DNA from: an uncultured Peptostreptococcaceae bacterium
GTDB lineage: Bacteria; Bacillota; Clostridia; Peptostreptococcales; Acidaminobacteraceae
Length of the DNA: 64,000 bases
Assembly: GCA_964649745.1 (NCBI GenBank)
Contig: CAZYQI010000013.1
Location: 12,906 to 76,905 of the forward strand
Direction of reading: 5' to 3'
Numbering within the stretch: position 1 is the first letter of the stretch; each line of letters begins with the position of its first letter. The position numbers and the translations under genes are program-made. The notes below the pieces were generated by a model. It searched no databases, was not told the DNA's origin, and saw only the letters and a list, made by a program, of their open reading frames with translations. This document shows positions 37,381-47,060 of the stretch, piece by piece.

Positions 37381-37987
37381 ATCTCGCCTCCTAAAAACAG
37401 TTAATTTACTGTTAATCCGATACTTGCTGTATATAAGCGCAGTACGATAACAATTGACCCCTTTGCTGACAGGAACATCTTCATGACTAGTATACCCTAT
37501 TCTTTAAAGAATCAAAAGCAATTCATTGATGGCGTTTACAACTTTACAGTAAATCATAAATATGTTTGAATATAAACGTTTCATGGTCATTTTATCAGCT
37601 CGCGTTTTCCAATCTTGTGTAAGATGCCGGAGCGATTATAACCCATGATGTCCCGCGTGTGTCCCAAACCTCCCCATTCTTATGTCCTCAATTCGCACGG
37701 AAATGAAATAATACCTGTTTTGCAGATTCCGTTCAATCTCATAAATAGAAAGATTCCAACGGGGTTTTACAGCCACTATATTTATACCGCAGAATCCTTA
37801 CCATCCTTTTATCAATTTAATAGTTTACAACATGGCTATATATCTGTTCAAATCACTGGTTTTCATCCTGTAATTAGCTCTACGCTTTTCCCCACTGGTT
37901 CCGTCAAATGCACCAGTTCGTATCGCTAAAATTCACATTCTTGGCCCGATTTTCGGTTTTGATCCCCAAGTAAGGTTTGACTGTGCC

Positions 37988-38031
37988 AAAATAAAACACC
38001 ATAGTGGCACATCCGGCGTCTCACTATGGTG
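37988..38031 (-). terminator. Rho-independent terminator after the sigma-54-type activator gene
   Basis: Minus strand reads CACCATAGTG-N15-CACTATGGTG (perfect 10-nt arms) followed by TTTTATTTT. Confidence 0.65.
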
Positions 38032-38153
38032 CACATTATACGACTGGAATTCGTTGTTTCACTATGATACATCCAATTTAGGGTGTTACCAATTGTATCA
38101 TTTGTGACTGCGCCTCCGAAATCGGGGCTTCCGTCGTCTCATTATGGTACACC
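38016..38153. repeat. Three direct copies of an approximately 18-nt motif (GTCTCACTATGGTGCACA-like)
   Basis: Plus strand: GTCTCACTATGGTGCACA (38018-38035), GTTTCACTATGATACATC (38056-38073) and GTCTCATTATGGTACACC (38136-38153). The first copy is one terminator arm. The third lies inside the 3' end of the activator CDS. Confidence 0.6.
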
Positions 38154-40090
38154 TTTACCCCATACCGCTCCATTTTTCGGTAAAGTGTGCTTCTTCCAAT
38201 ACCAAGAAGCTTAGCGGTCTGAGAAAGATTTTCACCTGAAATCTCAATCGCTTTCACTATTGCTTCATGCTCTAATCGTTCCAAATTCAATGATTCTTCT
38301 TCTTTTACCGGCGCAAACAGTTCCCCTTCGATGCTTATGACATGATGGTCCTCGAGGACCGTCTCTCCATGGTTCCTGTAAAGTATCAGCTGAATCACAC
38401 GCTGAAGCTCCCTCACATTCCCCGGCCAGTCATATCGGATCAAACGGTCATAAAACGAGGGTCTTCTCCTCAGTGATGCAGGGTCCTTGGGATAAAGGAT
38501 TTCCTTCATCAGATAGTCCACCAACAGCTGTAAGTCTTCCTTGCGATGCCTTAAAGGAACGGTTTCAACCCTGTTGAACAGCAGGCGATTCAAGAGTTCC
38601 TGACGAAAAAGCCCCCGCTGGACTGAATAAAGAAGATCCCCTCTACTGCTGGCCAGCAAGCGCACTTTTGTATTTCTCATTTGCTCGGACCCTGTTTTTT
38701 TGAATTCACCCGTATCAATGTATTTCAAGAGCTTACCCTGCATTTGAAGCGGAAGCTCTCCAATGTTGTCCAGATGAAGTGTCCCCCCTTCAGCCAGTTC
38801 AAGAATACCCATACGTCCGGCCTCAGAGCTGCTTTCATCTGTGCTTACATGTCCGAAAATCTCCGCTTCCAAGGCACGTCGGGGAACAGATGCGCAGTCC
38901 AGATAGTAGTAAGGCCCTTCTCTACGGCCGCTTTCCGTATGGATCACCTGAGCCAGCATCTTTTTACCTGTTCCGGTTTCACCTGTGATCAGACAGGGGA
39001 AATCAGACTGTGCAGCCAATCTTACCTGTCTCCGTATTTCAAGTATTGCATCCGATCGGCCCACGATATCACTCATCTGGAAAACGGGTTTCATACCAAC
39101 CCATTGATTTACCTGTTTTCTGAATCTATTCAAGCCGGACAGCTTCACCATGCCCATCTTTACACCGCCGGTTTCGTTGAACGAAACACACTCCAATACA
39201 GCAGGTTCAAGTCCTTCCTGCCCGTCATAATATCCTTCCAAAATCCGTTCTTTGCACTTTCCATTAAGCAATGCTTCCAGCTGTATCGGCTGATCCATCC
39301 GGATCAACTCTCGGATATTGAATTTTGAAAGCTCCAGTATCTTATGAGCATAAAGCTGTTCTGCTGCCTTGTTCCCATGCAGCACCTGCCCGTATCTGTC
39401 AAAACAGATCACCGCTTCCGGTAGGGCGTCCAGCGCTGCTGCGTAATGATCTTTAAGCTGTACCACCGCCTGATGGGAATTATGTATCTGCATGGAGCCT
39501 GTTATCAGCGACGCCAGGTGTTCCAACCGTTCAATAACCTCTGAGCAATCACGGTCAATCGGTATGACGGCGGTAATAAGAGCCAGAAGGACGTTGTTTT
39601 GACCGATTACAGGAATACCGATTGATTGGATGCTCTGAAGGCCTTCAATGAAATGTTCCGCCCCGATTACAGCATACGAGGCTCGCTGCTGAACGGCTAA
39701 AGCGGCACCATTGGTACCCAGGCGCTCCTCCATCACAGAAATCCCCTGCCGATAGGCAAAGCTGTCGTACTTCTGTATCCAGTCCACCAGAACAAGTCCT
39801 CGACCATCCGCCAATGCCAGATTGACATTCTCGTAGCCGCTGACTGCCATGAAATTTTCAAAATATGCTGCGGAAGCCTGAATCAAGGCTTGGGCATTGT
39901 TTCTTGCCAAATGATACTCTTCCGGAGACACCGGGATATCCTTGATTTTCGTCGGAGTCAGACCCAAGACCTGACAACGGGCCCATGAAAGAGCGATCTC
40001 AGGCCTTAAGACTTCACGCCGAAGCATCCCCTTCGTTGTGAACAGACGCCACGCCTCTTTTATTTTACTGTCCTCGTACATATTGAACAT
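38078..40090 (-). CDS. AcoR-like enhancer-binding-protein homologue (N-terminal sensory region/PAS, AAA+ sigma-54 interaction domain, Fis-type HTH) with degenerate catalytic and sigma-54-contact motifs
   Basis: ATG at 40090 (MFNMYEDSK...) has GGAGG 9 nt upstream; the track start is a TTG. Walker A is GETGTGKKML. The GAFTGA position reads TDESSS. Walker B reads LHLDNIGEL (DN instead of DE). The C-terminal HTH is SQTAKLLGIGRSTLYRKMERYG. Confidence 0.8.
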   Translation of the reverse strand: MFNMYEDSKIKEAWRLFTTKGMLRREVLRPEIALSWARCQVLGLTPTKIKDIPVSPEEYHLARNNAQALIQASAAYFENFMAVSGYENVNLALADGRGLVLVDWIQKYDSFAYRQGISVMEERLGTNGAALAVQQRASYAVIGAEHFIEGLQSIQSIGIPVIGQNNVLLALITAVIPIDRDCSEVIERLEHLASLITGSMQIHNSHQAVVQLKDHYAAALDALPEAVICFDRYGQVLHGNKAAEQLYAHKILELSKFNIRELIRMDQPIQLEALLNGKCKERILEGYYDGQEGLEPAVLECVSFNETGGVKMGMVKLSGLNRFRKQVNQWVGMKPVFQMSDIVGRSDAILEIRRQVRLAAQSDFPCLITGETGTGKKMLAQVIHTESGRREGPYYYLDCASVPRRALEAEIFGHVSTDESSSEAGRMGILELAEGGTLHLDNIGELPLQMQGKLLKYIDTGEFKKTGSEQMRNTKVRLLASSRGDLLYSVQRGLFRQELLNRLLFNRVETVPLRHRKEDLQLLVDYLMKEILYPKDPASLRRRPSFYDRLIRYDWPGNVRELQRVIQLILYRNHGETVLEDHHVISIEGELFAPVKEEESLNLERLEHEAIVKAIEISGENLSQTAKLLGIGRSTLYRKMERYGVKVYHNETTEAPISEAQSQMIQLVTP

Positions 40091-40368
40091 TACCAACTAC
40101 CTCCGACCGCATCGCATACGTGGACATTGCATTCGTATTTTTCGAACCGTTTTCTGAGGGTTTACTATCTTTTGGGCATATTTTCAAATACCGTCATTCC
40201 GTCTTATCGAAGGATCCTCTTATGGCGCCTTTCAGCGTTGCCTCAGAGAAGCCATCCTTGTATTTGCCTCAAATTTGACCTCTGTGCGACTTTTGTGTGT
40301 TTATGATCGAATGTATCAAGTGTCCTGTTTTCGTAAGACCAAAGGGGAAATGAAAGGGTGATGCAATG

Positions 40369-41250
40369 TTATATTTTGGTAACTATATCAATTTTGCTAT
40401 CGCTCGCGTTAACGATCAAATGATTCCCCTCGGTGAGCTCGCCATCCAGATTAATGGGGGTGTTTTTCAGAGCACTGATTTTGATATTTCGACCGTGAAA
40501 TATTTCGATTTCCGGCTCTCCAATATGACTGCCAGTATAAAGCTTGGGAAGTAGTTGGATCAGCCGCAGCCGGCTCATTTTGTTGGCAAGTACTACATCG
40601 TAAACACCATCTGTCGGATTTGCCATAGGCGCGATTTTCATACCTCCACCATAATAGCACCCGTTGGCAACAGCGACCAATTCAATTGTTCGCTCATATT
40701 CGATACCATCGATACATAATGAAATAACCAACGGCTTGTAGTTCACTATCTCAATAAGACTGGACAGAAAGTATACCGCAGGGCCTCTTGCCCATTTTCT
40801 GATCTGACCCGTTCTCTTTACTATTGAAGCATCGATGCCTATGCTGGCCACATTAAGAAAATATGATCCGGAACTCCTTCCAATGTCTACAGGCCTTTTT
40901 ATGTTCCATCCCAGCACATTAAAAAGAGCGGCTTCCACCTGCATAGGCAATCCCTGTGTTCTGGCAAAATCATTCCCGGTTCCACAAGGAATAATCCCTA
41001 TGGGTATGGCAACGCCTTCCAACGCGTTCACAACTGCTAAAAGTGTTCCGTCTCCACCAACTATAATTATCTCTGTTGCATTTTTTGCTATCGCAGTTTT
41101 CACTGCTGACGCAATATCTCCATGATCCTTTGTAACATATATCTCGTGCCAAATTCCGTTTTGTGTCCATAAATCATCAATTGTGCCGCGAATTTTCATT
41201 CCTTGCTTGCTACCTGACGCGGGATTCAATACAAAAAAAGATCTGCGCAT
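40369..41250 (-). CDS. Diacylglycerol kinase family lipid kinase (YegS/DagK-like)
   Basis: 293 aa with motifs VLNPASGS, IIIVGGDGTL and PCGTGNDFAR. Confidence 0.85.
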   Translation of the reverse strand: MRRSFFVLNPASGSKQGMKIRGTIDDLWTQNGIWHEIYVTKDHGDIASAVKTAIAKNATEIIIVGGDGTLLAVVNALEGVAIPIGIIPCGTGNDFARTQGLPMQVEAALFNVLGWNIKRPVDIGRSSGSYFLNVASIGIDASIVKRTGQIRKWARGPAVYFLSSLIEIVNYKPLVISLCIDGIEYERTIELVAVANGCYYGGGMKIAPMANPTDGVYDVVLANKMSRLRLIQLLPKLYTGSHIGEPEIEIFHGRNIKISALKNTPINLDGELTEGNHLIVNASDSKIDIVTKI

Positions 41251-41262
41251 AGAGCCTCTTTA

Positions 41263-41278
41263 TGTTTCACGTGAAACA
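41263..41278. promoter_or_regulatory. parS centromere site
   Basis: TGTTTCACGTGAAACA is a perfect 16-bp palindrome matching the Firmicutes parS consensus. It lies between the parB stop and the dagK-like start. Confidence 0.9.
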
Positions 41279-41289
41279 ATCATATGTCG

Positions 41290-42147
41290 TTAGTCGTTGC
41301 AAAGCATGCAGATAATCCTTTCCAGATCATCTTCATTGAAGAATTCAATCTCTATTTTGCCCTTCTTCTTGCCGCTTTTAATTCGTATCGGCGAAGAAAA
41401 TCTATCATTCAGTCGCTTCTCGATATCCCCATAATCAGCAATATGCTTGCTGGCAGGGCTTGCTTTGCCTTTGCTTCCGTTCAAAGACGCGACAATTTTT
41501 TCAATATCACGTACACTGAGCTCCTCACGGATGATCCGCTCCGTCAGTTTCCTCTGAAGCACAGGATCATGCACCGTTGCCAATGCACGGCCATGCCCCC
41601 CCGAAATTTCATCTTTGGCAATCTGATGCTTAATATCTTCCGGAAGCGCAAGCAAACGAATGATGTTCGCGATATGTGATCTGCTCTTACCGACCACCTT
41701 AGAAACCTTGTCCTGAGTGTACCCGTATTCTTCTATCAGTGAATTATAGGCCAACGCCTCTTCAATTTGGTTCAAATCTTCCCGCTGAAGGTTTTCGATC
41801 AACGATATCTGAACTAATTGATCATTTTCAAGATCCTTAACCACTGCCGGTATTTCCTTTAGTCCCGCCATACGGGAAGCACGCCATCTTCGCTCTCCGG
41901 CAACGATTTCATAACCGTTATCAATGGTCTTGAGGATAATAGGCTGCAGAACCCCATGCTCCTTTATCGACTCAGATAATATTTGAATCCGCTCTTCATC
42001 AAAATACTTTCTCGGCTGATCTCGATTGGGTTTGATCAGGTTGATGTTAACCTTCCGTACACCGGATGTTTCACGTGAAACAACCTGCTCACTATGGGTA
42101 ATCAGTGCCCCAAGACCCTTTCCAAGTCCTCGTTGCTGTTTATTCAT
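41290..42147 (-). CDS. parB: Chromosome partitioning protein ParB/Spo0J
   Basis: 285 aa with motifs GLGKGLGALI, NPNQPRK-like (PNRDQPRKYF), and the arginine patch GERRWRAS. Confidence 0.95.
   Translation of the reverse strand: MNKQQRGLGKGLGALITHSEQVVSRETSGVRKVNINLIKPNRDQPRKYFDEERIQILSESIKEHGVLQPIILKTIDNGYEIVAGERRWRASRMAGLKEIPAVVKDLENDQLVQISLIENLQREDLNQIEEALAYNSLIEEYGYTQDKVSKVVGKSRSHIANIIRLLALPEDIKHQIAKDEISGGHGRALATVHDPVLQRKLTERIIREELSVRDIEKIVASLNGSKGKASPASKHIADYGDIEKRLNDRFSSPIRIKSGKKKGKIEIEFFNEDDLERIICMLCND
42067..42082. promoter_or_regulatory. parS centromere site inside the parB coding sequence
   Basis: A second perfect TGTTTCACGTGAAACA near the 5' end of parB. B. subtilis also has a parS inside spo0J. 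Confidence 0.9.
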
Positions 42148-42150
42148 GCT

Positions 42151-42912
42151 CTATTCCTCCAATTTGAGAAACTCATGTGCCAATGCCATGTAGGACATTG
42201 CGCCTTTTGAGCGTGGGTCGTAAGTGATGATGGGCATACCGAAACTTGGAGCTTCCGCTAATCGTACGCTTCTTGGTATAACGGAGTGATACACCTGATC
42301 TCCAAAGTACTTTTTAACCTCATCTTGTACCTGGATAGACAGGTTCGTACGACCGTCATACATCGTCAAAAGCACACCTTGGATCTCAAGTTCCGTATTT
42401 ATGGACTGTTTGACCAGTTGATACGTGCTCATCAGTTGGCTTACCCCCTCCAATGCATAGTATTCGCATTGAATCGGAATCAGCACGCTGTCGGCAGCCA
42501 CTAGAGCATTGATCGTAAGCATCCCAAGGGATGGCGGACAGTCAATGAGGATATAATCGTAGGAATCTCTAAGGTCATTGACAATTTCCTTGAGCCGTTG
42601 CTCACGCCCTTCAAGCTCAATCATTTCGATCTCTGCACCTGCCAGCTGCATATCTGAAGGAATGATATCCAATCCTTCAATAGAAGTAGGCACCACAGAG
42701 TCTCCAGGGGAGCGTATGCCCAGCAGGGCCTCATAAATATTTCTTTCCCCGCCCTTTTCAACACCCAAACCGCTGGTGGTATTCCCCTGCGGATCATTAT
42801 CTACAACCAATACCCGTTTTCCGAGCAAGGCAAGACAGGCACTAAGATTCACATTTGTCGTTGTCTTTCCGACTCCACCCTTTTGATTGAAGATTGTTAT
42901 TACTTTTCCCAT
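42151..42912 (-). CDS. parA: Chromosome partitioning ATPase ParA/Soj
   Basis: 253 aa with the deviant Walker A NQKGGVGKTT. Confidence 0.95.
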   Translation of the reverse strand: MGKVITIFNQKGGVGKTTTNVNLSACLALLGKRVLVVDNDPQGNTTSGLGVEKGGERNIYEALLGIRSPGDSVVPTSIEGLDIIPSDMQLAGAEIEMIELEGREQRLKEIVNDLRDSYDYILIDCPPSLGMLTINALVAADSVLIPIQCEYYALEGVSQLMSTYQLVKQSINTELEIQGVLLTMYDGRTNLSIQVQDEVKKYFGDQVYHSVIPRSVRLAEAPSFGMPIITYDPRSKGAMSYMALAHEFLKLEE

Positions 42913-42949
42913 GAATTCACCCCTTCAGTATACTAGTTTCATCTTACAT

Positions 42950-42985
42950 GAAAAAAGAAAAAGCTGCACACTTTTTCTTTTTGTT
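42950..42985 (-). terminator. Rho-independent terminator after rsmG
   Basis: Minus strand reads AGAAAAAG-TGTGCAG-CTTTTTCT followed by TTTTT. Confidence 0.6.
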
Positions 42986-43010
42986 TTTACATATTATGTT
43001 ATTTACAGGC

Positions 43011-43718
43011 CTAAAGTGGGTTCTTTTCAATTTTAGCAAATGCCCGTGGATACGTTTCCGGTGTAGCTTGTGTCTTGCGTACGATAATCAGGGTTCTCTG
43101 AAAGTCTGTATCCGGAATTGCAACCGGAAGGATGTCTTCTACCTTTCCCCCCAGCTTCTTAAGCGCTTCCTTTGATGCGGCAATCTCCGCTTCATAGTCT
43201 GCACCCTTCTGGCTGATGAAAACACCACCAATCTTGACATAGGGCAGACAATACTCACATAGCACGTTAAGCTTTGCCACCGCTCTGGCAAACGCATAGT
43301 CATAACTTTCACGGTAGTTAGTTTTACGGGCGAACTCCTCCGCTCTTCCGTGAACGGCAGTTACTCCTTTAAGTCCTAATCGGGTGATCACTTCGTTGAG
43401 GAACGTGATCCGCTTGTTCAGAGAATCCAATAGAGTGACTTCAATCCCAGGCTTTGCAATCTTAATGGGTATACCTGGAAAACCAGCTCCGGTCCCTATA
43501 TCAATCAGTCTTCCGGGATCCATGCTCAAAGGAATAATACAGGTCAAGGAATCAAGGAAATGCTTATTCTGGATATCCACCGGATCTGTTATTGCCGTAA
43601 GGTTCATTCGCCCGTTCCATTCCAGCAGTAGCTCCTGATAGACACGGAACTGCTCTTCCATGAGGCCGTCTATTTCTATTCCCATCTTATGCGCCTGTAT
43701 GCGCAGGATATCAGGCAT
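43011..43718 (-). CDS. rsmG: 16S rRNA (guanine527-N7)-methyltransferase RsmG
   Basis: 235 aa with motifs [13 protein letters not shown] and [15 protein letters not shown]. Confidence 0.95.
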   Translation of the reverse strand: MPDILRIQAHKMGIEIDGLMEEQFRVYQELLLEWNGRMNLTAITDPVDIQNKHFLDSLTCIIPLSMDPGRLIDIGTGAGFPGIPIKIAKPGIEVTLLDSLNKRITFLNEVITRLGLKGVTAVHGRAEEFARKTNYRESYDYAFARAVAKLNVLCEYCLPYVKIGGVFISQKGADYEAEIAASKEALKKLGGKVEDILPVAIPDTDFQRTLIIVRKTQATPETYPRAFAKIEKNPL

Positions 43719-45603
43719 CTCTTTTCACCTTCCTTCTTGATTGCTCCAGTGCCACCATGAGGACGGATATGTCCGCTGGGGATACACCGGATATCCGGGA
43801 TGCCTGACCAACAGATTCAGGCCTGATTTTCATCAGCTTTTGCCGGGCCTCTGTCCGCAGATTCATTATGGATTCATAATCCGTATCCATCGGTATTTTC
43901 ATTCGCTCAAGTCCTTCAAAACGCTCAACCTCAGCCAACTGCTTCTTAATGTATCCGGCATACTTGATCTCGGTTTCAACCAAGAGCTTTATTTCCCGGT
44001 GAATAACCGGCCTCTCTTCGTCAACGGGCTCCAGAAGAGAATAGTTCAGTTCGGGACGCTTAAGCAGCTCCTCCAGGGACATGGATTCCCTTACCGGGTT
44101 GCTTCCCAAGGATTCTAGAATTCCATTGATTAACGGCGCTTTGATCTTTGTGTTTCTAAGGCGCTCTTTTTCTATCTCAACCGCAGTGCATTTCTCTCTA
44201 AATCGAACATAGCGCTCGTCTGTAACCAGACCTATCTCCCGGCCCTTCTCTGTAAGCCGCAGATCGGCATTGTCCTGTCTCAAAAGCAGCCTGTATTCGC
44301 ATCGGGATGTCATGATTCGGTACGGTTCATTGGTCCCCTTTGTTACCAGGTCGTCAATAAGCACCCCCATATACCCGTCACTTCGTGACAATGTAAACGG
44401 TGCCATTCCCTGGATCTTCCGCGCTGCATTGATTCCTGCAATTAAGCCCTGTGAGGCCGCTTCTTCATATCCCGAGGTGCCGTTGAACTGGCCGGCACAG
44501 AAAAGGCCCTGGATTGATTTGAGTTCCATGCCGTGGGTCAACAGCAGCGGATCGACACTGTCATATTCAATGGCATATGCCGGCCGCATGATTTCTACAT
44601 TCTCAAGGCCCCTTATGGTGCTCATGAATCCCAGCTGCACATCCTCCGGAAGGCTGGTGGACATCCCCTGAACATATACCTCATTGGTCTCCAGCCCCTC
44701 CGGCTCAAGGAAAAGCTGATGACGTTCCTTATCTGCAAACCGGTTTATCTTGTCTTCAATGGAGGGGCAATATCTCGGCCCCGTTCCTTCTATCTGTCCG
44801 CTGTACATGGCGGATTTGTGGATATTCTGGCGTATAAGCGTATGGGTCTCTTCATTGGTATAGGTAAGCCAGCAGGAAACCTGCCTGATATCAAGGGAAT
44901 CGTTCATAAAGGAGAACGGAATCACCTCCGGATCCCCTGGCTGCTCAATTAACAGGTCATAGTTCATGCTGCGTGCATTGATTCTCGCCGGGGTTCCCGT
45001 CTTGAAACGCCTCATGTCCAGTCCCAAGGACTTGAGGTCCTGGGTCAGTTCCATACTGGGAGCCAGCCCGTTGGGCCCGGATGTGAAGCTGTTGTGGCCG
45101 ATGAATACCTTTCCTCCGAGATAGGTGCCGGCAGCGATAACGACACACTTCGCCTGATAATTTCCCCCGGTGCGGGTCAGTACACCGGATATCCTGCCGT
45201 CTTCAACAGTGATCTTTACAACCTCTGCCTGCCTGATCCACAGGTTCTCCGTGTTTTCTATCGTCCGCTTCATCTCTGTGTGGTAGCGGTGCTTGTCCGC
45301 CTGAGCTCGCAGGGAATGAACGGCCGGTCCTTTTGCGGTATTGAGCATTTTACACTGGATCATTGCCTTGTCAATGTTGATTCCCATCTCGCCGCCCAAG
45401 GCGTCTATCTCTTTAACCAGATGACCCTTCCCGGTTCCCCCTATGGAAGGATTGCAAGGCATCATGGCGATGGAATCGATGTTGATTGTGAACATCAGGG
45501 TCCGCATGCCCATCCTGGCTGCCGCCAATCCCGCTTCACATCCTGCATGACCGGCTCCTATGACGATGACATCAAAAGTTCCCGCTTGATAGGTTTCCAT
45601 CAT
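43711..45603 (-). CDS. mnmG: tRNA uridine 5-carboxymethylaminomethyl modification enzyme MnmG (GidA)
   Basis: 630 aa, [15 protein letters not shown]...[20 protein letters not shown]. Confidence 0.97.
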   Translation of the reverse strand: MMETYQAGTFDVIVIGAGHAGCEAGLAAARMGMRTLMFTINIDSIAMMPCNPSIGGTGKGHLVKEIDALGGEMGINIDKAMIQCKMLNTAKGPAVHSLRAQADKHRYHTEMKRTIENTENLWIRQAEVVKITVEDGRISGVLTRTGGNYQAKCVVIAAGTYLGGKVFIGHNSFTSGPNGLAPSMELTQDLKSLGLDMRRFKTGTPARINARSMNYDLLIEQPGDPEVIPFSFMNDSLDIRQVSCWLTYTNEETHTLIRQNIHKSAMYSGQIEGTGPRYCPSIEDKINRFADKERHQLFLEPEGLETNEVYVQGMSTSLPEDVQLGFMSTIRGLENVEIMRPAYAIEYDSVDPLLLTHGMELKSIQGLFCAGQFNGTSGYEEAASQGLIAGINAARKIQGMAPFTLSRSDGYMGVLIDDLVTKGTNEPYRIMTSRCEYRLLLRQDNADLRLTEKGREIGLVTDERYVRFREKCTAVEIEKERLRNTKIKAPLINGILESLGSNPVRESMSLEELLKRPELNYSLLEPVDEERPVIHREIKLLVETEIKYAGYIKKQLAEVERFEGLERMKIPMDTDYESIMNLRTEARQKLMKIRPESVGQASRISGVSPADISVLMVALEQSRRKVKRDA

Positions 45604-45609
45604 ATCTCC

Positions 45610-46977
45610 TTATTTGCCCAGACAAAACTGACTGAAAACAGACTCAATCAGATCCTCCGACAACGTATCTCCAGTAATTCTACCCAATATATCAAACAGT
45701 CCCCTTAAATCCATTTCAATCAGATCATAGGGTTGCCGTTCCTCAATGGAGCCCGTAACATCCTCCAAAAGCTTCAATCCTTCTTCAAGGATACTCAGAT
45801 GCCTCACATTGGTTATAAAGCTAAAACCGGATGGATTGACGCTGTTGGTGTTCACCGCTTCTTCAATCGCTGCCTCCAGCATGGAAAGCCCTATTTCATT
45901 CGTTGCAGATGTCTTGATGATCTTCGCCCTTGGCACCATGGCACGGATCTCAGCTTCACTGATCTTTTGGTCAAGATCCGATTTGTTCAATATCACAATC
46001 GCCGGTTTCTCCGCCACCTGTTCAAGCAATTCCCTGTCATCGGCGGTAAGGGGCTCCGAAACGTCCAATACCGTCAGGATCAGATCTGCATCCCGATATC
46101 TGGCCCGAGTCCTCTCAACACCTATTTTCTCTACAAGATCATTTGTTTCTCTTATGCCTGCCGTATCCATCAGTCTTACCGGAATCCCACGGACATTCAG
46201 ATACTCCTCAATCACATCACGGGTAGTTCCCGGAATTTCCGTCACAATGGCACGCTCTTCCTGCAGGAGAGCATTCATAAGGGAGCTCTTTCCAACGTTT
46301 GGCCGGCCGATCAACGCCACCTTCAGCCCCTCCCGTATGATCCGGCCTCTTCCTGCGTCACGGATCAGGGATTCCAGCTGTTCCCGCATCAACGCCACCT
46401 GCGGTGCGATTTCTTCATACGTGATCTCTATGATATCCTCTTCCGGATAATCGATATTGACCGCCAGATGGGTTATCATTCTCAGCAGCTCTGCCCGCAG
46501 ACCGTTGATTACCTTGGAGAGATTACCCGATAATTGAAGCATCGCCGTATCAAAAGCCAGATCGGTCTTTGCCTGAATCATATCCATGATGGATTCCGCC
46601 TGACTAAGATCCAGACGGCCATTCAGGAAGGCCCGTTTCGTAAACTCTCCGGGTTCTGCCTGCCGGCATCCTGCATCCAGCACAGCCTTGAATACGCGGC
46701 GCAGGGCTACCGTGCCTCCATGGCAGTGTATCTCCGCCATATCCTCCCGGGTATAGGATTTCGGTCCCTTGAAAAGCACCAGCAGACCTTCATCCAGAAG
46801 ATGATCCCCTGCAACGATATGTCCATAATAGAATCGCCAGGGCATCAGTTGCTCTACCGTTTCCTTATGGAACCGGAACATCTTCCGTACAACTGCTTCC
46901 GCCTCTTCCCCTGAAATTCGGATAATACCGATGGCAGACTCCCCTGCAGCTGTTGAAATTGCGCAAATGGTATCCAT
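45610..46977 (-). CDS. mnmE: tRNA modification GTPase MnmE (TrmE)
   Basis: 455 aa, DTICAISTAAGESAIGIIRISG. G1 is GRPNVGKSS. The C-terminal motif is FCLGK. Confidence 0.97.
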   Translation of the reverse strand: MDTICAISTAAGESAIGIIRISGEEAEAVVRKMFRFHKETVEQLMPWRFYYGHIVAGDHLLDEGLLVLFKGPKSYTREDMAEIHCHGGTVALRRVFKAVLDAGCRQAEPGEFTKRAFLNGRLDLSQAESIMDMIQAKTDLAFDTAMLQLSGNLSKVINGLRAELLRMITHLAVNIDYPEEDIIEITYEEIAPQVALMREQLESLIRDAGRGRIIREGLKVALIGRPNVGKSSLMNALLQEERAIVTEIPGTTRDVIEEYLNVRGIPVRLMDTAGIRETNDLVEKIGVERTRARYRDADLILTVLDVSEPLTADDRELLEQVAEKPAIVILNKSDLDQKISEAEIRAMVPRAKIIKTSATNEIGLSMLEAAIEEAVNTNSVNPSGFSFITNVRHLSILEEGLKLLEDVTGSIEERQPYDLIEMDLRGLFDILGRITGDTLSEDLIESVFSQFCLGK

Positions 46978-47019
46978 GATAACCTTCTTTCAATCCGTTC
47001 TGCGGATTCAAGCTATAAT

Positions 47020-47045
47020 AGAAAAGCCCAGTTTTCACTGGGCTT
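47020..47045 (-). terminator. Rho-independent terminator after jag
   Basis: Minus strand reads AAGCCCAGT-GAAA-ACTGGGCTT followed by TTCTATTAT. Confidence 0.65.
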
Positions 47046-47060
47046 CTAACAGTCGTTCTG

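Noticed and set aside
37645-37929. A 94-aa plus-strand ORF in the AT-rich gap.
   Set aside because: It has no Shine-Dalgarno sequence, runs opposite to all neighbouring genes, and has a low-complexity product.
38003-38020. TGGCAC in the terminator loop, as a possible sigma-54 -24 element.
   Set aside because: The -12 position reads GCGT rather than TTGC. It would fire antisense into the activator gene. The sequence is better explained as the loop of the terminator hairpin.
38011-38020. CCGGCGTC as a half-site of the B. subtilis RacA ram motif (TGACGCCGGCGTCA).
   Set aside because: It is only a half-site. I found no full palindrome here or elsewhere in the window, so it is probably coincidental.
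45733-46533. Two overlapping plus-strand ORFs (266 aa and 234 aa).
   Set aside because: They are antisense shadows of mnmE, with Ser/Arg-rich low-complexity products.
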